IMG/VR virus record: IMGVR_UViG_3300043783_000122
Location: 1-60,318 of that record
Source of the DNA: a virus
Lineage: Duplodnaviria; Caudoviricetes
Length of the DNA stretch: 60,318 bases
Direction: 5' to 3' (one strand)
The notes under the pieces were generated by a model that searched no databases, was not told where the DNA came from, and worked only from the letters and a program-made list of their open reading frames with translations. Below, one piece after another: positions 1 through 8,098 of the stretch. Within the stretch, counting starts at the first letter, position 1. Each line of letters begins with the position of its first letter. The position numbers and the translations under genes are program-made.

Positions 1-190
1 GCACCGCGGCCTCGGTCAGCACGTCGGAGAGCTTGCTGAACGAGTTATTGAGAATCTTGAAATTTTCTGAAATTCCATCCATCTGAACGCGCAGTACGCG
101 AGCGTCAGCCTTTATCATGATGACGAAAAGCGCGGCCAGGACGATCATGCCAGTGATCTGCGCCAGTTGCCAGAGGCTTGCGACTTCCAT
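1..190 (-). CDS. partial membrane-anchored coiled-coil protein (holin/lysis-accessory-like); runs off the window start
   Basis: Manual translation from ATG at 190: MEVASLWQLAQITGMIVLAALFVIMIKADARVLRVQMDGISENFKILNNSFSKLSDVLTEAAV..., one hydrophobic helix then an amphipathic helix, no stop before position 1. Confidence 0.6.
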   Translation of the reverse strand, partial: MEVASLWQLAQITGMIVLAALFVIMIKADARVLRVQMDGISENFKILNNSFSKLSDVLTEAAV

Positions 191-241
191 AGGGCTCTTT
201 CTCGTTGAGAGTTTCTAGCATTTCTCTTCCGCCCGATGGCG

Positions 242-538
242 TCAGTCGTTCTTCTTCTCGTCTTGCAGTTCCATTTTCACCGAGGCCCTGGAGGCCTGCT
301 CTTCGTGAAGCTCTTTTCTTCCGGCCAGATTGCCCTCGGCCAGCTTCGCGGCCTCCAGCGCGGCCCGCATTCCGTTCGTCTCATGCTTCACCTGGGCCAT
401 GTCGGCGGCGACCTTGGTCAGCTTGTGCTCAGCGCGCCAGGACTTCCAGAGGCTCGCCCCAGCGATGAGCGCGATGAGCCAGGCTGGAAGGTCCCCCACA
501 TCGATCAGAATGGGCGTGGTTGGCAGGGGCAGAATCAC
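242..538 (-). CDS. small membrane protein with coiled coil (holin-like candidate)
   Basis: 98 aa, N-terminal hydrophobic segment (LPAWLIALIAGASLW), charged helical C-terminus, start overlaps the upstream stop. Confidence 0.55.
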   Translation of the reverse strand: MILPLPTTPILIDVGDLPAWLIALIAGASLWKSWRAEHKLTKVAADMAQVKHETNGMRAALEAAKLAEGNLAGRKELHEEQASRASVKMELQDEKKND

Positions 539-828
539 TTTTCAGGTTCCTGTGGCCCAGGCGGTAGGGCATTAGTGTCCTTGGACTTGTCGGCGAGCTG
601 CTTTTGTAAGCCAGCAATCGTCTTTTGCGCCTGGGCAAACTGTGCCTCGGCGCTGGCCGCCTCGTCGAGCGCTCGGTTGCGCTGGGCTTGCAAGGCATTG
701 AGCACATGTTCCAGGAACGCCGGATTGGACCCCTGCGGGCCGGCCTGCTGCGCCAAGGATGGTAATATACAGCATAAAAGCCAAAATGATATTGTAAGTA
801 ATGTGCCAGCTATATTTAAGAATTGCAT
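535..828 (-). CDS. signal-peptide/TM coiled-coil protein (possible inner spanin or fibre accessory)
   Basis: Likely ATG at 828; MQFLNIAGTLLTISFWLLCCILPSLA|QQ followed by a coiled coil. Confidence 0.5.
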   Translation of the reverse strand: MQFLNIAGTLLTISFWLLCCILPSLAQQAGPQGSNPAFLEHVLNALQAQRNRALDEAASAEAQFAQAQKTIAGLQKQLADKSKDTNALPPGPQEPEK

Positions 829-2483
829 GTGCCACCTGTGAGAATCCCCAGAGTGAAGATCAGTGTTTTGGCCTGATTGACCGTGCAAGTCTGCGTGAGG
901 CCGGGATTGCCATTTATTCTGAACCCTGTGGTGGCCTCGATTGTTGTTGTGGCCTTGATCGAGGTATTAGTTAAAAGTGCGCCTGTGCCCGCATCAGTTG
1001 TCGTTCCTATCGACAGCCCACCGCTCGTATTGAACCGAGCGTTCTCTGAGTTATTGATAAAAAACTGTAGCGGGGTATTTCCAGATGTGCCAATAATAAG
1101 TGGCGCCGTACCGTTTGCGGTCAGAAAGCCTTTTCCCTGGTACACGCCAGTGAGATTTACGCCACCGAGACCTACAGTGACGTTGTTTGTGCCATTGCTG
1201 TACAACGCCTCGATGATCGTGGCGTTGCCGCCATTATTGTTTGCCAGCCCAGATTGCGTCGTGGCGTTCTGGTTATTAAGATTGGAAATAAAGAATGGAT
1301 TACCAAAATTGATCGGCGTGTCTCCCGTTAGCGTGAAGTTTGCGCAGTTGCAGAAATTGGCAATCGTGAGCGCCTGTTGAACGGTGATGGCATTGCCAGT
1401 CAAGGCAATAGCTGGCGCCAAATTGACCGGAGACCCAAACGAAAGACCGTTGAAGTATGCACCTGCGGCTGTCCCCACATTGTCAATTGCGATGGCGGCA
1501 TCAAAGCCGCTTGCCTCGGCGCCAGTGTCATTTGTCACCTCAATACCGTAACGATTAGTTGCGGTGCCGCTACCATAAAATCCAGTCTCACTTTGCAAGC
1601 CAACTAAGTCTGGGGTCGAGCCTCCAGTGTCTACGGCCGCGACAGCATCAATACCCAACAAAAATCCGTTAATACTCTTATTGGTATAGGCATTCCCGAT
1701 GACAGCAACCTTATCTCCCGCTGGGGTTCCACTGTTGACAACCATATGGAAAGCGCCAGCTACTGCAACCGTTGTTCCGCTGCTGTCATCTGATTCCACG
1801 TAAAGAGCGCGGCTTTCCGCGTTCAACATCCCATTGGTGAGAGTACTTGGCGCCGTCACTGAACTTGGGTTGGCAACGACGATATTGTTGTAGATCAATG
1901 GCCCGGTCGTCGGCGCAGACGGGCCGGTTTGGGTGACCGTAAATCCTTGATTGGTCGTGCCGGTAGTCGGATTGATCGTCAGCGGGCCTCCAGAGAGCGT
2001 GGCGAGCGATCCTGTTCCACCTGCTGTTGAACAGACCCAGAGATTAGCAGTTGCATTATAAAGAGGGAAGGCACCAGAGGTGGTGCAGAGCGCAGTTAGA
2101 ATACTCGTACCAGGGGCCGAAAGGTAGCCGGACCAGATAAGGTTGTTGAATTGGTCATACACGCTCTCGGCATAATTGCCCGAGCCGAAGATGAAGGCGG
2201 AACCAGCACTGTCTAGGACGACCGGATTGGCATTGGGAGTGTTCTGGAATGCATCCTGCCAAGTCGTCTTGGGGGTGAAGCTGCCAGGAACGCAGATGTT
2301 GTTCGTATTGGGCACGCAGAAATAGACGAAGCCCCCGACGAGCGGGGTGCCAGTGGCATCGAGGAACTGGGTCTTGGCGTTGGGCAAGATGCTGGCGGTC
2401 TGTGCGCTCAGGGGCGTAGCGAGTAGCAATGTGGCGAGGAGCGCCCAGAGCCCACGCGTTGTTCGTGCAACCTTGCCCATCAT
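816..2483 (-). CDS. tail fibre/tailspike with podoviral particle-binding N-terminal domain, preceded by a signal-peptide-like leader
   Basis: LPNAKTQFLDATGTPLVGGFVYF...PKTTWQD...NANPVVLDSAG...GSGNY resembles podovirus fibre attachment domains; G/N/T-rich beta-structured C-terminus; last large gene of the virion module; start 2480 or 2483 coupled to the upstream stop. Confidence 0.8.
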   Translation of the reverse strand: MMGKVARTTRGLWALLATLLLATPLSAQTASILPNAKTQFLDATGTPLVGGFVYFCVPNTNNICVPGSFTPKTTWQDAFQNTPNANPVVLDSAGSAFIFGSGNYAESVYDQFNNLIWSGYLSAPGTSILTALCTTSGAFPLYNATANLWVCSTAGGTGSLATLSGGPLTINPTTGTTNQGFTVTQTGPSAPTTGPLIYNNIVVANPSSVTAPSTLTNGMLNAESRALYVESDDSSGTTVAVAGAFHMVVNSGTPAGDKVAVIGNAYTNKSINGFLLGIDAVAAVDTGGSTPDLVGLQSETGFYGSGTATNRYGIEVTNDTGAEASGFDAAIAIDNVGTAAGAYFNGLSFGSPVNLAPAIALTGNAITVQQALTIANFCNCANFTLTGDTPINFGNPFFISNLNNQNATTQSGLANNNGGNATIIEALYSNGTNNVTVGLGGVNLTGVYQGKGFLTANGTAPLIIGTSGNTPLQFFINNSENARFNTSGGLSIGTTTDAGTGALLTNTSIKATTTIEATTGFRINGNPGLTQTCTVNQAKTLIFTLGILTGGTCNS

Positions 2484-4522
2484 TGGCTCCCTGTCAGCGC
2501 GTTCGCCCCACTCGGATCGATATTGGCGGGATTCAGCGGGACGACGATGCGCGTCCCAGCGTCTGACCCTGGCAGCCCCGCGTTGGCATCGCCCGACCAG
2601 CCGTGCCATGCGCCCCAGCCGTTGCGCAGCGCATGGTCGAGGGCGAAGTCGATTTGCGCTCGCGTCGTCGCGGGATCGCTCGCGTGCAGGCCGGTCGCTT
2701 TGGTGAACGCATCGCCCAGGCCGGGCACGGCGTTGCCCTTGCTCGTCCCCGGCATTCCGCCATAGTGAAGCTGGAAGGGGCCGAAGGAGCTTCCCTCGTC
2801 TCCGGCATATGCGCCGCCGAGGCCCTCGGAGCGCGCCACCTTGACCGCCACGTCGGGGTCGATCCCACGAGCGCCCGCAGCTTGGCGAATGTACGCCTCG
2901 GTCTCGGCCGTCTTCGGCGAGAATTCTGGATTATAATTCCTCGCCGCGCTGGCGAAGGGGATGATCGGATTGGCCACGAAGCCAGGGCCGCCGCGCAGGA
3001 GCATGTTCGTTCCGGTCTCGGTGTTCAAGAGCGCGCCGCCGAGAGAGTATGGAAGCGTCAACGCGCCAAGGCCGCTGGCGAGAATTGGATGATTCTCGGC
3101 CAGACCGGAGAGGAAGTTCCCCCCGTGCTCGCCCGCGAGGATGCCAATGCCCATGCCAGTCCCCGGCGTAATATGTGGCCCGGCGCTGAGGTTGCGAGAG
3201 AACTGGCTAGCTCCCCCGGCGAGCGTTCCGATGTCCACGGGATTTCCCGCATTCGCAGCAGTCTCACTAGCCTCGCCCGTCCCGCCGTAGTTCTGTTTGA
3301 CCAGACTGAAGAGCTTGGCCGGATTGGCGATGCCGGTCTCGTTGTCCTTGAGCTTGTCCGCAATGATGGCGTTGCGGTATTGATTCCTTGCGAGACGAAT
3401 ATTCGCCGCCTCATCTCCAGCGTTGCGCTCAAGCGCGTCGTCGAGCGAGGTGCGGAACTGATTAGCGTATTGGCCGAGTAGCGGATCGCGCTGGGCATTC
3501 GATAGGGCGCTTCCGCGCTGGGTCAAGTTCTGATAGACCGTGCCGTCGAGATTGCCCTGCTGGATCGCTCGATATATCGGCCCAGCCACGGCGGCCATCT
3601 GGCGATATTTCTCCGGCTGGCCAGCTAGGCCCTCGTGCGCTTGCTGGGCCGTGGCGCGGAACTCGTCGGAGAGCGTGCTGTCGCCAATGTGATACGGGAT
3701 TCGCTGGGCGCTTTGATTGAGCCTATCCCCCGCCGCGTCGAGCGCCGCACTGGTCGTCTCGTTATTCATAAGCTCCGCGTTCGAGCCTGTGGCGGCCATA
3801 ATTCGCCGCGTCAGCGCCTGCAAATCCGGATGAGCCATTCCGAGCACCTTGGCCATGATCCTCGCCGCAGGCGGGCTTCCGGGAATGTTCGCAGTGCGCA
3901 GCGGGACGCCCTGGGCCATATAGCGTCGGGCGAGCTCGGCTATCTCTGGCGAGATGGACGAACGCAGCGGAGCAGCCAGAACACTTATGGCACCACCAAT
4001 GGCGCCTCCGGTGAGCATGTTTCGTTCGAGGTTCTCCCGCATTTCGGGATCATAGAGTGCCGGTGTGGCGCTCTGCCATGTGCCACTGACGATGCCGCTG
4101 AGCGCACGAAGAGGCCACGCCCCGCCGCCAGCGCCGGTCAGCGCGGCACCAAGTTCGGGCGAGAGAGCACGAGCGCCTCGGCCGAGTGCCGTCGCAGCTA
4201 GGACGGCAGGTAGCACCTTGCCAGCGACAGCGGCGTTCCAAGCTTCGCCGGGGTGAGCTTGGGTCCACTCCGCTTTCGCCCGCGCCACGGCCGTCGAGTC
4301 ATGTGAGCCCGTCGCTCGTCCACTCGTCGCAGCATCGACGAAGTGGCGGCCAACGTCCCAGTCAGGTAGGGCCTCACCGCTCGACGTGACGGGCAAATCC
4401 TCGCTAGGGAGCTGCGTCAGTGCGTGATCGATCAGTCGCTGTGAGAATTCGTCCACCGGCTGACGGCCGCCGGAGATGTACTTCTTCACGAGGCCCTGGG
4501 AGAAGGCATCAACGTCGGGCAT
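2480..4522 (-). CDS. internal virion (DNA ejection) protein with C-terminal lytic transglycosylase/lysozyme-like domain
   Basis: 680 aa, A/G-rich helical; C-terminal YIRQAAGARGIDPDVAVKVARSEG...SSFGPFQLH...GWGAW fits a lysozyme-fold muralytic domain; position equivalent to P22 gp16. Confidence 0.75.
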   Translation of the reverse strand: MPDVDAFSQGLVKKYISGGRQPVDEFSQRLIDHALTQLPSEDLPVTSSGEALPDWDVGRHFVDAATSGRATGSHDSTAVARAKAEWTQAHPGEAWNAAVAGKVLPAVLAATALGRGARALSPELGAALTGAGGGAWPLRALSGIVSGTWQSATPALYDPEMRENLERNMLTGGAIGGAISVLAAPLRSSISPEIAELARRYMAQGVPLRTANIPGSPPAARIMAKVLGMAHPDLQALTRRIMAATGSNAELMNNETTSAALDAAGDRLNQSAQRIPYHIGDSTLSDEFRATAQQAHEGLAGQPEKYRQMAAVAGPIYRAIQQGNLDGTVYQNLTQRGSALSNAQRDPLLGQYANQFRTSLDDALERNAGDEAANIRLARNQYRNAIIADKLKDNETGIANPAKLFSLVKQNYGGTGEASETAANAGNPVDIGTLAGGASQFSRNLSAGPHITPGTGMGIGILAGEHGGNFLSGLAENHPILASGLGALTLPYSLGGALLNTETGTNMLLRGGPGFVANPIIPFASAARNYNPEFSPKTAETEAYIRQAAGARGIDPDVAVKVARSEGLGGAYAGDEGSSFGPFQLHYGGMPGTSKGNAVPGLGDAFTKATGLHASDPATTRAQIDFALDHALRNGWGAWHGWSGDANAGLPGSDAGTRIVVPLNPANIDPSGANALTGSQ

Positions 4523-5868
4523 TACTCTTTCCCCTCACGTTGTTCGAGATACTGGTTGAACGTCTTGGCCCAATCGTTCTGGACGTTCGACATGTCGTAG
4601 AAGCCGTGGTTCGCTTGGTCCTGGCGGCCCCGGAAGTGGTCGCTCTCCATGTTCGTCACGTGGGCCAGTTCCTTCATCGAGGTCAGAATCTTCGAGGTCG
4701 CACCGGGGTCGAGATCGATATTGGGTGCCCCCTCGGTCAGGGTCTTTCCCCATTCGGTCTGGGTCATTCTCCCGCCGCCAGCATGGATGAGCTGGGCCGC
4801 TATCTGCGACCCTATGCCGAACATCTGTTTCCGCGCTGCTTGGGCGGACGAGAAGTCGCCAGATGCAATGGCGTCCAGCGTAGCCTTAGGCATTCCGGCA
4901 GCTTGGGCGAGGCCAGCGAGCTCGACACGCATACTCTCTCCCCCGCCCTGGGTGAAATTCTTGAGATACCGCTGGGACTGTTGCATGGTCAAGAGGAGCT
5001 GGTTCGCACTATTCGTCCGCTCATTCACATCCTTGCCATAGTCGGCCGCAGCGTCGAGGGCCTTCTGGCGGAATGATCCTATGCCGGTCTGAGTAAGCTG
5101 TGGCTGTTGCGGTGCAGGCGCAACGCTGGGCGCTCCCCCGCCTGCGCTCTGGAACGGCCCAGCGCCCGGAGCGGTCGAGGTGGCGTTCGGCAGAGCGCCG
5201 GTGGGCGAGCCGACTCCCCCGCTGGGCACCGCGCTGCCCTGCATCTTGTTCACGAAGCCAGGGACGGGGTTACCATTGCCATCATGGAAGGCATCTGGCC
5301 GGTAGTCGATGTTTCCAGCGAGCTCGCCCCCTCGCAGCGAAGATTGCGCCAGTTGCTTCAGGTGGGAGTTTAGCTCCGGCCCCTTGAGACCAGAGATGCC
5401 AGCCATGTACGCCACGGCATCTGGGGCCTCGATGCCATGCGCGGCCATCAGTTCGGTCAGCTTCGACATCACGTCCTTTGGCGTGACGGTATCGCCCTTC
5501 TCTTGGGAGAGGCCATAGGCGGCCGAGCCGATTGCGCTCTGCTTCTTCGCGAAGTTGTCCAGGTTCGTCTTCATCGTCTCGGCCTGGATCAATTGCTTTT
5601 GGGCGAACTGGTTCAGAATATCCGGTGCCATGAAGGCCGTGTCGGGGTTCGTCGAGACGAGCAAGCCAGCCTTGTTATAGTCCATCTGCCCATCCGGGCC
5701 GACGGCCTGCTGCATGAGTGGGCCGAGCGCCTGCCTCGCGCGAAAGGTCTGCTGGAAGAGGGCGTTCTGGTTGAGCTGATTCTGCGCCCCGGCGAACTGG
5801 CCAACCATGCCGAGCAGATTCGGCGTATTCGTTCCCAGCGAGGCATATGGACTGACATCAACGGGCAT
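4522..5868 (-). CDS. internal virion/DNA ejection protein (P22 gp20-like position)
   Basis: 448 aa Q/A/G-rich helical protein in the ejection gene cluster. Confidence 0.65.
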   Translation of the reverse strand: MPVDVSPYASLGTNTPNLLGMVGQFAGAQNQLNQNALFQQTFRARQALGPLMQQAVGPDGQMDYNKAGLLVSTNPDTAFMAPDILNQFAQKQLIQAETMKTNLDNFAKKQSAIGSAAYGLSQEKGDTVTPKDVMSKLTELMAAHGIEAPDAVAYMAGISGLKGPELNSHLKQLAQSSLRGGELAGNIDYRPDAFHDGNGNPVPGFVNKMQGSAVPSGGVGSPTGALPNATSTAPGAGPFQSAGGGAPSVAPAPQQPQLTQTGIGSFRQKALDAAADYGKDVNERTNSANQLLLTMQQSQRYLKNFTQGGGESMRVELAGLAQAAGMPKATLDAIASGDFSSAQAARKQMFGIGSQIAAQLIHAGGGRMTQTEWGKTLTEGAPNIDLDPGATSKILTSMKELAHVTNMESDHFRGRQDQANHGFYDMSNVQNDWAKTFNQYLEQREGKE

Positions 5869-6209
5869 TAGACGAGTCCAATGTTGTTGGAGAGCGGGCT
5901 CGGCGCGGAGGATATGGTGCTCTGGGGCATGGAGGAGAAGAGCTGCGTTAGCATATTCGTGGCCCCGCCAGTAACGCCGCTCGGGGCCTGTGTGTTACCT
6001 GCGACTGGCTGCATCCCACCGACGACGCTGGGGGAGCCGGTGAGCGCATTCCCCTGGGTGTTCTGCCCGCCCAGGAGCGCGTTGCCGCCAACACCTGCGC
6101 TCGCCGTGCCCGTTCCGAAGAGCGAGGCTAGCCCGCCCGCGCCACCCTGGCCGCTGCCGAAGAGCTGGAGCAGATAGGGCATCAGCATTTGCAAGAGCTG
6201 GGGGTTCAC
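5868..6209 (-). CDS. small Gly-rich putative virion protein
   Basis: 113 aa, GTG start, G/A/N-rich, coupled to neighbours. Confidence 0.5.
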   Translation of the reverse strand: MNPQLLQMLMPYLLQLFGSGQGGAGGLASLFGTGTASAGVGGNALLGGQNTQGNALTGSPSVVGGMQPVAGNTQAPSGVTGGATNMLTQLFSSMPQSTISSAPSPLSNNIGLV

Positions 6210-6215
6210 AGCGGG

Positions 6216-6974
6216 CTAGCCTGTGGTGAACGGATTGTTCGTGTACGGCACTGCTGTTCCGCCCCACATTGGCCCGCTGGCCACAGCGCTCGGATTAGTG
6301 GCTCCGCCCCTACTCGCCAAGAGCTGCTGGATGAGCTGATACTGCATGGCCGTGCTGATACCACCCGTGAGCGCGTTCGCGCCGCCCGTCGCCGCACCAG
6401 CGATAGCGTTGCCGCCGCCAGTCAGAGCGTTCGAGATACCCTGGCCGGTCGAGATGGCACCTCCAGCGAGGGCACCAGCGGCGTTCGCCCCGGTCTGCAC
6501 GGGCTGGAAGAGCAGATTGGCGATCTGCTGGTTCTGGGTGAGGTAATTCGTAAGTTGCTGATTATACGTGCTCTGCGCCAGCCCGGTGGCGTAGCTCGCC
6601 GCGCCCTTCTCGGCGGCGCCGGAGCTTCCTAGGCCATTGGCGGCATACGAATTCTGGGTACTCTTCAGCCCCTGGTCCAGCGTGAACTGATACCCCGGCG
6701 TGCTTGCGAGCATACTCGCATCGAACGGCTTGGTGAGCGTCGGCAGCGCGGCATTATATGATGTAAGCGCGTTATCCCCCGCCGTGATATACGGATTGAG
6801 CTCATTCTGCGCGGTGTTGAACATCGCGAGCTGGGTCGCCTCGGCGCCCCCAGCGGCCTTGGTCTGCGCGCTAGCCCCGATGCCAGCAGAGAGCAGTCCC
6901 GCGCCTGCTGAGAGGCCGCCAAGGGCGAGGCTTCCGCCTGCGCCCAATGTTCCAGCTGCTGTTACGAATGGCAT
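6216..6974 (-). CDS. DNA ejection/pilot protein (P22 gp7-like)
   Basis: Gly/Ala-rich N-terminus and the conserved LNPYITAG...PGYQFTLDQG...NSYAANGLGSSG segment. Confidence 0.75.
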   Translation of the reverse strand: MPFVTAAGTLGAGGSLALGGLSAGAGLLSAGIGASAQTKAAGGAEATQLAMFNTAQNELNPYITAGDNALTSYNAALPTLTKPFDASMLASTPGYQFTLDQGLKSTQNSYAANGLGSSGAAEKGAASYATGLAQSTYNQQLTNYLTQNQQIANLLFQPVQTGANAAGALAGGAISTGQGISNALTGGGNAIAGAATGGANALTGGISTAMQYQLIQQLLASRGGATNPSAVASGPMWGGTAVPYTNNPFTTG

Positions 6975-6976
6975 GA

Positions 6977-7792
6977 CTAGGCCGCCCTTTCTGTGTGCAG
7001 ATCGCGTGGGCTCGCTTCGAGCAGATAGAAGTCCCTCTTGGCGAAATCGACCTGAATGAGCGCGTCGCCGATGTTCAGCACGAGCGGGGATTGCACGATA
7101 ACGCTCGCGGGGGCGAACCCCGCCACCTTGGCCCAGCGATTGTAGAGTACGAGGCCCTTGGCCACCACGCCGTTCAGCACGAGCTCGCTCGTCGCGCCGA
7201 CCATACGATCATGCGCTGGCTCGTCGGCATGTGCGAGGTGCCCTCGCCCCTGCTCGGCGAATTGGAGCTCTAGCCGCTCGTGGAACCACTTCCCGCGCTC
7301 TTCGAGGCTAGCCCCGCCCGGTCCCCAGAGCCAGTCAGACCAGCGCAGCGCCCAGTACTGGCACGGCTTTCCGTCGAAGCCCTCGGAGAGGTCATATTCG
7401 TGCCGGCCGTGGATGAGGCGGACGAGACCAAGCGCGGCCTCGTTCTCCGCTGGCACCCTCGTGTAGAGCTCCATCGCCCCGCTGCATAAGAAGATCGTGC
7501 GAAGAGCGTCCTGCACAGCGCGCAGATACGGTCTCCCGCGAGCGGTGAGTCTGGCCATTGTGTGAACCTCATATACCCCGTCCTCTTGGAAGTGGAAGAG
7601 AATGGCGCCCTGAGTGACGTGCTCCTCGTCCTCCGCGACGAGGCCGATGTTTGCCAGATTCTTCAAGAATTCGTCGGCACTAGCCTCCTCACTCGACCCG
7701 AGCAATGCGAACGGGCGAATGGCCTCGTCGGAGAGCAGGTCGTTGATCTTGCTTGCTTCGGCCGAGAGCACCCTGCGAATAACTAGCTTCAT
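6977..7792 (-). CDS. GNAT-fold virion-associated protein (P22 gp14/DUF2824-like)
   Basis: GVYEVHT...LYTRVPAENEAALGL motif; directly upstream of the gp7-like gene. Confidence 0.65.
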   Translation of the reverse strand: MKLVIRRVLSAEASKINDLLSDEAIRPFALLGSSEEASADEFLKNLANIGLVAEDEEHVTQGAILFHFQEDGVYEVHTMARLTARGRPYLRAVQDALRTIFLCSGAMELYTRVPAENEAALGLVRLIHGRHEYDLSEGFDGKPCQYWALRWSDWLWGPGGASLEERGKWFHERLELQFAEQGRGHLAHADEPAHDRMVGATSELVLNGVVAKGLVLYNRWAKVAGFAPASVIVQSPLVLNIGDALIQVDFAKRDFYLLEASPRDLHTERAA

Positions 7793-8097
7793 GACTGGCC
7801 TACGGCCTTGGAGAGCGCGCTCACTTGATCGATCAAATCCTGTATCTGGGCCTGATTGTACGTCGCCTCCGCGTTGCTTGTGTACGTCGCAGGGACACTC
7901 GACGAGCGCTTGACGAACGTGCCGAAGAGATAACGCCAGCTGGGCGTCACATATGCAAAGAGCGCCTGGAGCGAACCCGTAATGGGCTTCCCAAGCGAGT
8001 CGTAGAGTCCCTCGACCTCGCCCTCGACCGTGGCGATAGCCGCGCTATTGTTGGGCGTCTGGGCGGGGAGGCTTTGCGCGCTGAGAGGTGCTGCCAT
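7789..8097 (-). CDS. hypothetical tail-associated protein
   Basis: 102 aa ORF between the tail hub and GNAT genes with coupled start/stop. Confidence 0.55.
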   Translation of the reverse strand: MAAPLSAQSLPAQTPNNSAAIATVEGEVEGLYDSLGKPITGSLQALFAYVTPSWRYLFGTFVKRSSSVPATYTSNAEATYNQAQIQDLIDQVSALSKAVGQS

Positions 8098-8098
8098 G

